NCBI RefSeq assembly: GCF_001194135.2
Contig: NC_068984.1
Coordinates: 19,204,881 to 19,268,880, forward strand
Source of the DNA: Octopus bimaculoides
Taxonomy: Eukaryota
Reading direction: 5' to 3'
DNA: 64,000 nucleotides
Shown: positions 37,893-51,360 of the stretch, piece by piece
Numbering within the stretch: the first letter of the stretch is position 1
Layout: the number at the start of each line of letters is the position of its first letter
Position numbers and translations under genes: made by a program
The notes under the pieces: model-generated
Databases searched by the model: none
The model's input: the letters and a program-made list of their open reading frames with translations, nothing else
Told to the model about the DNA's origin: nothing

Positions 37893-38269
37893 CCTGAACC
37901 CATTTCAGAAAGCATATATGTATGAACCTTTCAGATGAGATGACAAAGTACCACAACAGCTGGTGCCTTACTGTACTTAAGAAGATCCGTACTAAAGCCC
38001 ACTGGTAAAGAGGATGGGCCTGGAAGAGCCCTGTGCCAGTGCCTTGTAAAAAGCACTTGTGCTGGTGCCATGTAAAAGCACAAGTACGGTGCCACATCAA
38101 AAGTACCCAGCACACGGTAAAGTGGTTGGCATTAGGAAGGGCATCCAGCCATAGAAACCAAGCCAAATCAGACTAGAACTTGGTGCAACTCTTGGGCTTG
38201 CCAGGTCCGGTCAAACTGTCCAACCCATTCCAGCATGGAAAACGGACGCTACATGATGATGATGACATA

Positions 38270-38326
<57 letters not shown>

Positions 38327-40985
38327 TGATTGACTTGCCTGTACCCTTGAAATTGTTAGCCTTGTGCCAAAATTTGAAACCATTATTATATCTGTGTTTG
38401 CTCTGATATTAAGATGGAAAAAATTCAACCTTATTCTTTGGTCCTGGGTTTGCACACCCTAAGGAAATTTCATTCCTGCACTTATGGAGCAGCATGATGG
38501 AAGGAAGGAAACACAGACCAGCTCAGTAAGCTGACTGCCAGATTTGTTGCCACAGATGTATGTGGTCATGCATTGCCGTAGTGATAGTGGACTGTTTTTA
38601 GACTCTTGCTTGATTTCTTTCTCCCATTGGCTTCTCTAAGCTTTCAGAGCGTCTCAACGTAGCGCTGATATTATAGTAATAAATATGCCTGGTTCACTGA
38701 GCCAATGATTAGCGATTAGAAGAATATCAAGCTATTAAATCATGTCAGTTTAATCTATAAAACATTGCTATGAGATGATGCAGTGAATAAATTAAAAGCA
38801 CATTGATCTCCTTAAGTTTTGACAATGAGGATTCAATCATTCAATCAGCTTGTTTATCTACTCATTGAATTAGTATGTAAATTCTCCCAGACACACACAC
38901 ACACACCACCACCACTTCCACCATCACCATCACCACCAGGACCAGCACTAGCACAACCACTGTCATTATCATCATCATTTTAATGTTTTCTCTTCCATGC
39001 TTGCAAGGATCAGATGAAGTCTACTGAGGCATATTTTCTACAGCTGGATGCCCTTCCTGTCATCAACTCTCATCTGTATAATTATCACACCACTCTGCTG
39101 TGATGATTCTAAAATAAGGGACTATGTTTGATTATTGCAGATAATAAAGGTGCATAGATTATGAATTTTGATTGAAGAGATGGGGTCTCGAAACAAAAAG
39201 GTGCAGGGGCCTCTAAAAATCATGCGACGACCCTGACATACAAATATCTATATCGATATATATGAAAGGCTTCTTTCAATTTCTGTTCACCAAACCCAAT
39301 CACAAAGCTTCGACTGACTCAAGGTTGTAGTTGAGGAAACTTGCCCAAGATGCCACATGGTAAGACTGAACCCAATACCACATGTTTGTGAAGTAAACTT
39401 CTTAAATACACAGCCACATCTGTGCTTACATAGACCACAAATATAATCCTCAGGTAGATTCATCATAGTAGTTTTGTGATAAAGACTATACCTTTGAATT
39501 ACAGGTATAATTCATTCACATGGTATCAACACTGTTTCCAACTACCTAATTTCACTCACAAACCTTGGGTCAATTCGAGGCAATGGGGAAAAACATTCAC
39601 CCAAGATGTCATGCAGTAAGATTGAACCCAGGACCTTGTGACTGCAATGCAAAACTTTTTAACCATTTAACCATGCTATGTCCAGAATAAAATGATACAT
39701 GATTATGAAGAAAGTTGCTACGTTGTACTGAAGTCTTCTTGTCAATCACACACAGTTCTCCTAGTTTGCTAAAAAAATATCAATATATAAAGCTAGATGG
39801 TTGATATACCAAATTATCAACAGCCTAGCTCTGTATTACTTGATTACTTTATTCCAATAATCTTGTAGAAACTGCATCAATCTTTACCTGGTAAGTCTCA
39901 TTAACAATGGTTTATGAGAAAAACAATAACAACTACAATAATAATAATATACAGAAAAGTATGGTCTCGAAGTATAGAATGGAGCACTGGTAGCCATATA
40001 GGAAATCTCAGATGCCAAAACATAGAATAGTACAAGACTAGTAGCTATAGAGGAAATATCAAACTCTAAAAGGAAATTAAAAAACAAAAAAGAGAAAAAA
40101 AAAACTTTTGTTTCCATTTTGGCATATTTGTATTTCTTTTTTTTTGTTTCTTCTTTATTTATTTCTAACCTGAGATAATTTGTTTTTGCTACAGAGAACT
40201 GCACTTAGATAAGCAAAACAAAGCAGGAGCTAAATATTTGTTTCCTCCTCCTACTCACCGTTAACAGCAGCAGCAGCATCACCACACCGCCGCCACCTAC
40301 ATCATGACCACCAGTGCCACCACCATCATCAACACAAATACTACCACGAGACCACCATCATAACAAACGGCACCACAATCATTCCAATAATATTCTTTGT
40401 CATCCTCCTCATTATCCCACCAGCTTTTTGTTTTGTTTTGTTTTGTTGCTGCCTGATATATTTTTATTACTATAATATCTGTAATTTATTCTGGAGACAG
40501 GTTTCCGTTATTTCTTCTATTCCAGATTCCAAACAGAAATACCAAGTCCATCCAACTTGAGAAAAATATTCTGAGAATATACTTATAAGAAATAAAAATG
40601 ATATTAAGTGACACAAACATACTTGGAAATTTGCCAATTATGGAATGACTATAAATTAAATATACTGCATTACTCAAAATATGGTCTATCTGTAAAATCT
40701 ACAATTTAAGTCGTTCATTCTTTTTTTTTTTTATTATTATCTCCTAAAGGTGGACAGAGGCTGCCACCAACTAACACAGTCTTTCTATCTATCTATCTAT
40801 NNNNNNNNNNNNNNNNNNNNNNNNNNNNNNNNNNNNNNNNNNNNNNNNNNNNNNNNNNNNNNNNNNNNNNNNNNNNNNNNNNNNNNNNNNNNNNNNNNNN
40901 NNNNNNNNNNNNNNNNNNNNNNNNNNNNNNNNNNNNNNNNNNNNNNNNNNNNNNNNNNNNNNNNNNNNNNNNNNNNNNNNNNNNN

Positions 40986-41019
<34 letters not shown>

Positions 41020-41747
41020 TTATAACGATTTCTTATAACCAACATAAGGCTACAAATTATAGCCTCAAAAATAGATTGTACACCATGTTCTGCAGTTGAT
41101 TCACTCAACTAAAGAATGTGTCTGGTACATTATTTTATCAAATATGAGAAAGAGAGAGAGAGAGAGAGAGAGGGAGAGAGGGAGAGAGAGAGAGAGAGAG
41201 AGAGATGATAGTCAAAGACTACGCAACTGGGATTTGATCTTATTATATGGATGGATGAAGCTAAATACTAAAATACATATACATCTAGTTAGAATTTTGA
41301 CAATTTTGCCAACTCACTGTCTTCAAAAAATAATAAAGATTTTCACTCTCTTGTAGTCAGTTCAGTACGTTCATATGTATTATTCATATGAAGTGGAAGG
41401 ATGACTACCTGTCTGTGATTGGTGGCAAAACCATTTATTCATGGTATGGAACATCAGTAGCTTTGTGCCTTACATTTGAAGCATGTGTGTACGTTTGTGT
41501 GCTTTCAAATATATATATATATACACATATATACACATTTACATGTTACCATTGTTGTTTAGCCCCTGGACAGTTGTGACTGAGCAGACCTATGATCAAA
41601 AGCATCTGTGCTATGACCATCATGTTCTCATTCAGATATAATGTATCTATAGCTACATAGCAGAATGTGTCTTCTGCTTGATTTAGCTGCTTATGAATAG
41701 CAGCCAAATCTCCCTCAAATCACACTCTTACATTTACATGTATAAAC

Positions 41748-41793
<46 letters not shown>

Positions 41794-42837
41794 CACACAT
41801 ACATATCTACACATACAAGATTATAAATGTCTATATATATCCGACTCATTAATGCAATGAATAAAGCCAGCTGCTTGACCTTTGATATCACGGATATCTA
41901 TCAATTAATGACCCATAATATTGATTTGTTATTGATTTCAAGCAGCTATGGGAACTCAGTCATACAGAATTAAATATTCTTCTTGGAAATGTTCGAAAAA
42001 TTCCTGCCGGCAAATTTGAACCCATCACCCATGAATGAGTTGGTAGTTCACTAATTTCCTCATTAACGTAGGTTTGGTAGTGTGGTAAGCAGCTTGCTTT
42101 CCAACAACACAACCACATAACCACACCAGGTTCAATCCCACTGTATGGCACCATGGGCAAGTGTCTTCTACTATAACCTCGGGCTGACCAAAGCCTTGTG
42201 AGTGGATTTGGCAGACGGAAACTGAAAGAAGCCCATTATGTATGTGTGTGTGTTTGTCTCCTTCTACTGTTTATGTCTCTATAACTTAGCAGTTTAGCAA
42301 TAGAGACTGATAGAATAAGTACCAGACTTAAAAATAAAATAAGTACTGCGGTTGATTCATTTGACCAAAATTTCTTCAAAGTGGAGCCCCAGCATGGCCA
42401 CAGTCTAATGACTGAAACAAGTAAAAGATAAATGATAGAAGATGAAACCATTTCAGTGGATTCTTTGTGAATATTCAAGTTGTCTGACCAATGGAACTAC
42501 CAAGTCATGGAATCATAATGCAACTTTATATTTCACATATAAAGTAATTACTCTTACTGTAATTCTCAGACAATACCACATGACACATTGTGTGACAAAA
42601 CTGGCCATCACTACTGCAGACATGGTTCATCTGGTAGATTTCCATACACTTTCATTCCACCCAGTTTCATATGGCTTTCTCTGTGGCACCTTGGTTTTAG
42701 GCTCTCAATTCTGCTGTGGAGGGCGTTTTTTTTGGGAGCCTGGTGTTGCCATCCGGTTTCACCAGTCCTCAGTCAAATCGTCCAACCCATGCTAGCATGG
42801 AAAGCGGACGTTAAACGATGATGATGATGATGATGAT

Positions 42838-43710
42838 GATCATCATCATCATCGTTTANNNNNNNNNNNNNNNNNNNNNNNNNNNNNNNNNNNNNNNNNN
42901 NNNNNNNNNNNNNNNNNNNNNNNNNNNNNNNNNNNNNNNNNNNNNNNNNNNNNNNNNNNNNNNNNNNNNNNNNNNNNNNNNNNNNNNNNNNNNNNNNNNN
43001 NNNNNNNNNNNNNNNNNNNNNNNNNNNNNNNNNNNNNNNNNNNNNNNNNNNNNNNNNNNNNNNNNNNNNNNNNNNNNNNNNNNNNNNNNNNNNNNNNNNN
43101 NNNNNNNNNNNNNNNNNNNNNNNNNNNNNNNNNNNNNNNNNNNNNNNNNNNNNNNNNNNCTCATGTGCCACCCGCACAAGAACCAGTCCAGGGGCACTGG
43201 CAACGATCTTACTTGGCTTGCTGGGTCTTCTCACGCACAGCACATTTCCAAAGGTCTCGGTTAGTAGTCATCGCCTCGGTGAGGCCCAATGTACGAAGGT
43301 CTTGCCTCACCACCTCAGCCCAGGTCTTCCTGGGCCTACCTCTGACACGGGTTCCCTCAACTGTTAGGGTGTGACACTTTTTCACGCAACTATCCTCATC
43401 CATTCTCACCACATGTCCATACCAGCGCAATCGTCTCTCTTGCACACCACAACTGATGCTTCTAATGTTCAGCTTTTCTCTCAAGATACTTACACTCTGA
43501 CGGGTATTCACATTGACATTACACATCCAACGGAGCATACTGGCTTCATTCCTTGCAAGCTTACGTATGTCCTCAGCAGTTACAGCCCATGTTTCACTGC
43601 CATGTAGCATGGCTGTTCGTACGCATGCGTCATACAGTCTGCCTTTTACTCTGAGTGAGAGTCCCTTTGTCGCCAGCAGGGGTAAGAGCTCTCTAAACTT
43701 TGCCCAGGCT
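42838..43710 (-). mobile_element. 5'-truncated RTE-clade LINE (ORF2 C-terminus and 3' UTR, partly in a gap)
   Basis: Open frame AWAKFRELLPLL..KGRLYDACVRTAMLHGSETW..RRLRWYGHVVRM..GRPRKTW, typical of the RTE ORF2 end. The (GAT)n tail is at 42838-42858. Confidence 0.92.
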
Positions 43711-45524
43711 ATTCTTATATATATATATAAATATATATATATATACTGTGATTATATATGTTTATGTATGTATATGCACACATATACAAAACCACACACA
43801 CACACACATACTCATGTGTGTGTGTGTGTCTGCACATGTGTGTGTGTGTGTATGTATGCATGTTTATGTGCATGTGCATGTGTGTGTTGCAAATAATACC
43901 AAAGCATTTGATTGATATACAGAAGCTATACAATATCTATGAAGAAAAACTAGTACAGAACACTACGACCTGGTTGTTGTTCAGGTTGTTGCTTAGCTCT
44001 AGGTCAGCTTTAATTGAGCAGATCCATAATGAAAGATAGTTTAACTGTGAAGATTTCATTGTACACCCACCACAAACTGCTTATACAGAACTGAACTATC
44101 AGATAATATACAACACCTGTTTTTACGACATGGCTGAGCAGTTATGAAGTTCGTTTCCCAGCCACTTGGTTTTGAGTTTAGCCATGGATTAACCAAAGTC
44201 TTGTGAGTGGATTTGGTAGCTGGAAACTGAAAGGTGCTCATTAAATGTGTACGGAATATATCCGCCCCCACCCCTGCTTACTCACTCAGCTCAATCCTCT
44301 GTGTCACTTCACTGATAATCGCCCCCAAGGTATGTCCTCTCACACACACATGCTACTGCCACTGCCACTGCCACCACCACCACCACCACCACCAAACCAT
44401 GGCAAAGTAGAAAATAGAATTTGGTACAGTCCTCTTGTTTGCCAGCTCTTGTCAAGCTGTCTGACCCATACCAGCATGAAAAGTGATAAAGGGTAATTTC
44501 TTGTTGAACTTGTCCCCTTATGTCATTCTCCTTTCCCATATGCAATTTTAGCAATAGCAAACAAGGATCAATTCCATGCAAAGGGTACCGAATCACCAAA
44601 GATACACTACTGTATAATTACAATGTCAGTAGTACTCAAGTAATTTTATGAGAGTTATAACATACTAGCTTACCCATGGAAATTCCATGGTTATTTCAAA
44701 AATTGCATGATGAAATTGTATATTTTTCTGAAACATTTGATTCTTGAGAAGATATGAAAATCCACATAGACAGTATTGAAGGGGCAATCAATCAATAAAT
44801 CAATCTGTTTATCTATCTGTCTGTCTATCTATCCACCCATCTATTCATCTATCTATCTAATTTCTTACCTGCTCACAGCTAGCCTTATAAGAGTTATAAC
44901 ATGTTTCCCTTTATTATTTCATACCTGTCTGGTTGCCTGCCTGACCATGTGTCTGCCTGACCATGTGTCTGCCTGACCCTGTGTCTGCCTGTCAATCTAT
45001 CCATCTTACTAGCTATACAGCTCTTTCATTCCCACTTCACCAGATTCATTTTTTCTCACAGACTCTACCTCTCCTCCATATTTCCTCCCTCCACCATCCT
45101 CTCTGCTCTCGTGTGACCTGTGGTCAGCTTTCTTTTCACTCCAGCCGCTGTGAAGGCAAGACGAACTACTAGCGTTCTACCTCAGATTTGCGTTTGGCCG
45201 TACGGCTTTTGAATGTTGTTTTCACTGTCCATTTTTTCCTGTCTTGGTTTGTGTTTGCCACCTTGGAATCCTCTGTGTAGTTGGTTGATCCACTACTCAG
45301 GAAGAGACTATTCTAGAGTACGTCCTGTCTGGTCTTCGAAACGTCTAGATAGAATAGAGACAGCTGATGAAGGGATATTCCAAGGGGCTTTCCGTTTTCC
45401 TATGTGTTCGTTCCGTTGTCTGTAGTTTATTGTTCTAACGTCCTGTACCCTGATATGCATGTATATACACATGTAGATGTAAGTATGTACATATATGTGT
45501 GTATACATGTATATATATTCTTCG

Positions 45525-45563
<39 letters not shown>

Positions 45564-46189
45564 CTGTCCTTCTCTCTCTGTATATAAGTATATGTGTACG
45601 CATTTACATATATTGTATAGGTGTGTGTGTGTGAGATTTATGCATACCTTTACATTTATGATATAGATGTGTATGTCTGTGTACATCACATACATACACT
45701 TGCATGTGCACACACACACCAAACACAAAAAACGAAAACACACACAACATTCATGAAATGCAACAATGTAAAAGCAAGGCTTTCAACAAACACCTCTCAT
45801 GTGTTTTTCCTGAAGTTTCCTTTAGAAACATATATTTGTGCTTGGTCACAGTTGTAAGCAGCTGTAGCTCTAATAATGCTTCATTAGCTCAATGACAATA
45901 TTACGCACAGAGGAAACAAATGACAACAACAACAATGAAATCTAAAAAATCAACTACAGTTCTTAAGTTAATATTGTCATGAGAAACCATCACATATATA
46001 TGTGTGTGTACGTGTGTGTGTGTGTGAGTGTGCGCATGTGAATATGCATAAATCTATAGACGAATATGTTTTGCATATAAACACATATGTACATACAAGA
46101 GTACATGATTAAATACATTCATATAACATACACACACATACAAATAGATATGTATGTGTGTGTATATATATATATGTACATACATAAGA

Positions 46190-46221
<32 letters not shown>

Positions 46222-46501
46222 TTGTATATGTATGTACGTATATACATGCACACACACATATATAAATGTATAAATATATGTATGTGTGCATATATATATA
46301 TATATATATGAGCAAAAAAATATTAATATAAATAAATATTTATATATATATATTTTAAAATGAAATGTATAAATATAAATAATTATTTATATTATACATA
46401 AAATATATAAATATAAATATTTATTTATGAGTGTTTGATGAGTTGCCTATATATATGTGTGTGTGTATATATATATACATATGTATATATATATAAATGT
46501 A

Positions 46502-46563
<62 letters not shown>

Positions 46564-48236
46564 CGTATTTTGATAGGCAGACAGACAGATAAGGAGAAAA
46601 AATGAGAGAAAAGAAAGAATGTAAAAGATGTAATAAATAGACAGTAATATAGATATGTGTGTGGGTGTATGTAGGTTTGCATAACAACCATTATAATTGA
46701 GATTTAATACCGTTCTTACTCAAAGTTTCATGCTAACCATTTTTCTATACAACTAATTTTTACTCCGTGAATATGTATACATCCTAATGTTTGTGGATAT
46801 AATGATACAATGTGGATATAATGTATGCATTCTGTTCTGTTTTTTAATTATTGGAAGTTTTGTATGAGGAAGAAGCTGGTATCTAACAAAGATACAACAA
46901 AGATACAAAGATTCATCATTGAAATGTAGATAACGAAAATACTGTCCCATTTTGAACCTGGGAAAAATCTTGCATATTTTTATTGTTCTACTTACAGATT
47001 GCATTTGTGATGTGTGTGTTATCTAGTTTTCTCTTTTTCTGAAAACTCTACCTTTTCCACATAAGTAGGTATATGTGTATGTATGTATAAACAACTTGTG
47101 TTGTTTTCTTATTCAATTTCCTGACCAACAATCAGTATGCAGCCATCATCGTCTCTCTTTCATTACTCATTTCCCTGCTCTCATTCCTACCATGCTATTT
47201 TCTCAATCACACTCATACTTAATGCTCAAGCTTCCTTTTCCCATTGAAAATCACTATCTCAATCATGTTTACTTTGAGTAAACAGAAACAACATAGAGTA
47301 ATGAAGACTGTTTAGTCTTGCAGAGATAAGGAAACCTTTTTGTTGCTGGTGCCATGATGAACTGCACGTGACACATTCTGTAAAGTGCCTGTCATAGCAG
47401 TAACTCTGAATAATAAATGACTTAGATTGCAGTGAACTGTCCAGCATGAAAGAGAGATATAAGAATGATGATGATGAATGTGCAAGTGTAGGATACATAC
47501 ACATACAAATACACATAAGCATGCACACACATATACACAATCAAAGCACTCAAATTCATGAGCTTCATTTCATGCTTTTGTGTGCAGCCATGCTATATTT
47601 TCTTCTAGTGTTTCAGTAAGTCTTCTTTCAGTTAACCCTATTATCTTACTACCACTTACTTTCCTATATTATTCTCACTGAATCATTCATAAGCTTCATT
47701 ATTTCTCCTCTATCTGTTTGTTTTATTCTGTCCATCTGTCTGTGTTGCTCTCTGTATAAATGTATGTGTGTGTGTGAATGCATAAATGTGCATGTATATA
47801 TGTGCATATATTTTCTCCTTTTCTCTCACTTAAAAGTTTGCCTTTAAATTTCTTTATTCTTCCTACTTCACCGCATATTCTAATTCTGTACCCAAAATTC
47901 TCTGTCTTTCTATGTCTATAATTCTGTTACTCTTTATTTTATCACATTAGCTCTCTATTTTTTCTTCTACCTTGTAGAGCTTCTCTTCCATTTCTCTTTT
48001 CTCACTCATATTCTGTCTTCCTTTCATTCTTGTTTTTCTCACCTTTCCTTGTATATTACTGTCACATAATCTGCTGACTGTCAGCTATGTTTCTCACACT
48101 TTCTCTAAATTTATCTGTTTCCCACATATCAATGTATCTATATCTAATCCACCTCTCTTTACAATACTTTCTTTCTTTTCCAGTTCTCTCAGCATAGCAA
48201 GTGTTTCTCCTTCAAGCATGACAGAAAGAGGGAAAC

Positions 48237-48271
<35 letters not shown>

Positions 48272-48414
48272 TAACACAAGACTTTACACACACACACACA
48301 TGCATAGAGAGAGAGAAAAAGAGAAATGCATAGAAAAAGTTTCAGGGAAACAGAAAAAAAATAGAGACAGAAAAAATATGAAAGAAATAAAAAAAAAAGT
48401 AGAGAGATAAGGGG

Positions 48415-48459
<45 letters not shown>

Positions 48460-49579
48460 AAAAAAGAGGAGAGAAAGAAAGAAAAATATAAAGAAAGGAA
48501 ATTTCAGAGATACAAAAACAGTGTAAAAGAGGGAGAGAGAAAGAGAACGGGGAGAGAGAGAGAGAGAGACTGGTGGGTGTGTACAACTTAAAATGTAGGC
48601 TTAACCAGGTGTAATAAACCAACAATTACTCAAAAAAGAAAAACAAAGGTGAAAATAAGGTATAAGTAGTCAGTAGTTTGTGTCACATTTTAAGTTTCAA
48701 ATTAACACATAAAACATTTTGGTTTATAATCAAAACATGGGTTTATGTCAAGATTTCTTATTTGTATTCTCTTGTACTTCTCACTATTCCCTTTTCTTCT
48801 TTTCTTTCTCACATTCTCAGTGATTTACTTCATTGGAGATAGAGACCAGTGGAACAGAATTATTTCTATTTAGCAGAACATCTCTTCTCCATCCACCTTT
48901 TTTAACTCCTGATTCTCTTATTAACACATTCATTAAAAAAAAAAAAAGTGGGGAATGGTTAAAGTTGTAAAGAATTCAAACCTGAGATTCTGAATCACTG
49001 TTGTTACAAACACTTTCACAAATTAACCATCTTCTGCTCTATGATGAAGGTGACTCTACAATTTCTTATTTTGGGGCCATTCAAGTACATGTTTCAGTGA
49101 CCGTTAAGTCTAAAATCTCAGTAATAAAGAAATCTGAACTACATAGCTTAAGGTTGGAAACTTATGAATGGAAAAGTAACAAATTCCAGGCATTACATCT
49201 ATAGAAAATCTTGTTGGCATCATGAAATCAATTCCAGTTAAGAAAGTATTCATCAGGTTAAAATCATCCTGCTTATGCAGCCAATGTCAGGTAGATGCAT
49301 AAGCAAAGAGGATAAATTTAACCTGGAAAAGACTGTTGTATACCAGTCGACTCAGAACCAAGACCTGGATGTGAGTTTTATGGTCAGATAGCATACAGAA
49401 GATGCTTTCAATAGCTTTCATTAAGCCTATTGGAAAATTTGAAACTAGCACTGAAAGCTAACAAATGATTTTTTGTATCTTGGTAAAGTTATTATGCCAA
49501 TCATAAACGTACACACACTGGTTATATTTCACTTCTTTATTGTTTGTTAATTGGTTATCTATTTAACAACTAATTGATT

Positions 49580-49987
49580 GTTCAATATTTTAGAGATGAG
49601 GAATTCTGTACATTATTTACATTATTTACAGAGGATGGATATGTGTCCTTATCTTGTTTGTTGTTACCACAACATTTCAACTGATTTACTCTCCAGCCTT
49701 CATCAGGTGTCCTGGTAGAATTTTGAATTCAACCCTGGGTTCTCATTCTTAAGGTATTCTTTTTTTGCTGATGTTATTATTATTTTATGTTTGACTTTTG
49801 TTTTGCATTTGTACAAGTTGGATCCAAGTCTCACCCAGAGACCTCAAGAAACAACAAGTTATTATTATCATTACTATTATTATTATTACTATTATTATTA
49901 TTATTATTTATTCAGGTCACTGCCTAGAAGTGAACTTGCAATCTTGGGGTTAGTAGCCCGCACTCTTAACCATTACACTATATGCCC
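49580..49987 (-). mobile_element. tRNA-headed SINE-like element containing a hammerhead ribozyme motif
   Basis: tRNA-like head at 49987-49915, (AAT)n, body, HHR core at 49711-49666 and a gtaaataat tandem tail. Confidence 0.7.
49666..49711 (-). ncRNA. Minimal type I hammerhead ribozyme motif, decayed copy
   Basis: GACAC-CUGAUGA-A-GGCUG(gagaguaaau)CAGUU-GAAA-U-GUU-GUGGU. Both catalytic boxes are present, stem II has two G-U pairs, and stem I pairs CAC with GUG. Confidence 0.65.
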
Positions 49988-51318
49988 ATGGGCATAACTG
50001 ATTGATTATTTGATTTATTATTCAGTTAATCAATCAATCAGTTGTGTTTGCCAAATTCCTTTTGTTACCATTCATAACCTCTTCAAAGACATGCTCTCTC
50101 TACTCCAGGTCAGCTTCAGGTCAGTGAATCAGTGAAATAGAACCAGTGCATGCATTTATCATTGGAATAACGACCCTCTCCAAATACAACAATATCTGTT
50201 TCAATGCATGAGTTCACATCGAAAATCTTCCAAATCAAATGCAAAATTGATTTATTAATTATTTTGTACCTCTTCTCTTCAGAATAATTTTAACCATATC
50301 AAAAAACTTATTTACAACCAGATGAATTGAGCCAATGAGAGATAATAATTTATAAGTTCAAATACTGTGACAATCAGTGTATTATCTTTTAGAGCTGTCT
50401 AGCTCCAGCATGGAAAACTTTGGATAAAGAGACATCTAACTGAAGAAATAATAACTTAACAATTGATATAAAATTTGAAATTTACGAAAACATTCAAGCA
50501 ACGTTGATATCTAAATTGATAAAAATAAAAAAAAAGAAGAGTGTAAAATGATTTCTAAAATACAATTTAACTGTGGAACAATGAATGCTTGTTTATGTCA
50601 AAATATTTTGTAACCTACATTAATATGAATATATATCATTTCGCAAATTTAATCTTTGCTAGTAAGAGGAAATTGTGGAGGGATAGTAGAATATTTTCAA
50701 AATGCTTCACTAAATCCTAATAGTTGAGCATATACAGATTTAACCATTTAAATCTGTTTTGGGACACCATTAACTATTTGACACAAGTCTATGCAGCCAC
50801 TAGTTTGGTAACAAACTGAATTAGTTTCTCGCTTCACTTAATCACTATATCAGAGGACTATGATAAAAATCTCACATTATCAAAAGAAGTCAAAAAAAAA
50901 AACAAAAAAAAACAGACAAACAATGCATGAAATTTCTGTCTGTTCCAGATATGTAGTGAACTGGAGAAATAACAGATAATATCTAAAATAAAAGGAAAGA
51001 ATCAGAGAAATCAATAAAAACATTGCAGCAAGGAAAACTGAATTAATTATTGTGAGAAATTGTTTATTCTTAGACATCAAATATTTCTGGTAAATCTTAC
51101 ATTGCACTGTCGTCATAAATGATAAATGTATCCAGTATTATTGAATGTTTCTATAACTGGCAACAATAACTGAAACTCTAACCACCACCACCACCACCAC
51201 CACCACAAATAATAACAACAACAACACATCAGCTATGACTACCAAGGCCACTATGAACTTCATTTAACTGTTGTTATTACTGTTACCAACTACTACAAGT
51301 ATTATCCCAAAGTTCCAT

Positions 51319-51360
<42 letters not shown>

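Noticed and set aside
39884-40204. Hydrophobic ORF with a good acceptor (EFDISSIATSLVLFYV..)
   Set aside because: It is open only in phase 1 within a phase-0 intron, has a weak donor, and shows no family resemblance.
45404-46691. Cluster of ORFs rich in Y, I, H, T, C and V
   Set aside because: These are translations of (TA)n and (CA)n microsatellites.
47312-47530. ATG-initiated segment MTGTLQNVSRAVHHGTSNKK ending in phase 0 as a possible first exon
   Set aside because: The donor GTTTCC is poor and no promoter motifs support it.
49915-49987. Functional tRNA gene
   Set aside because: The B box is decayed and there is no 3' acceptor strand. All tRNA-like segments in the window are SINE heads.
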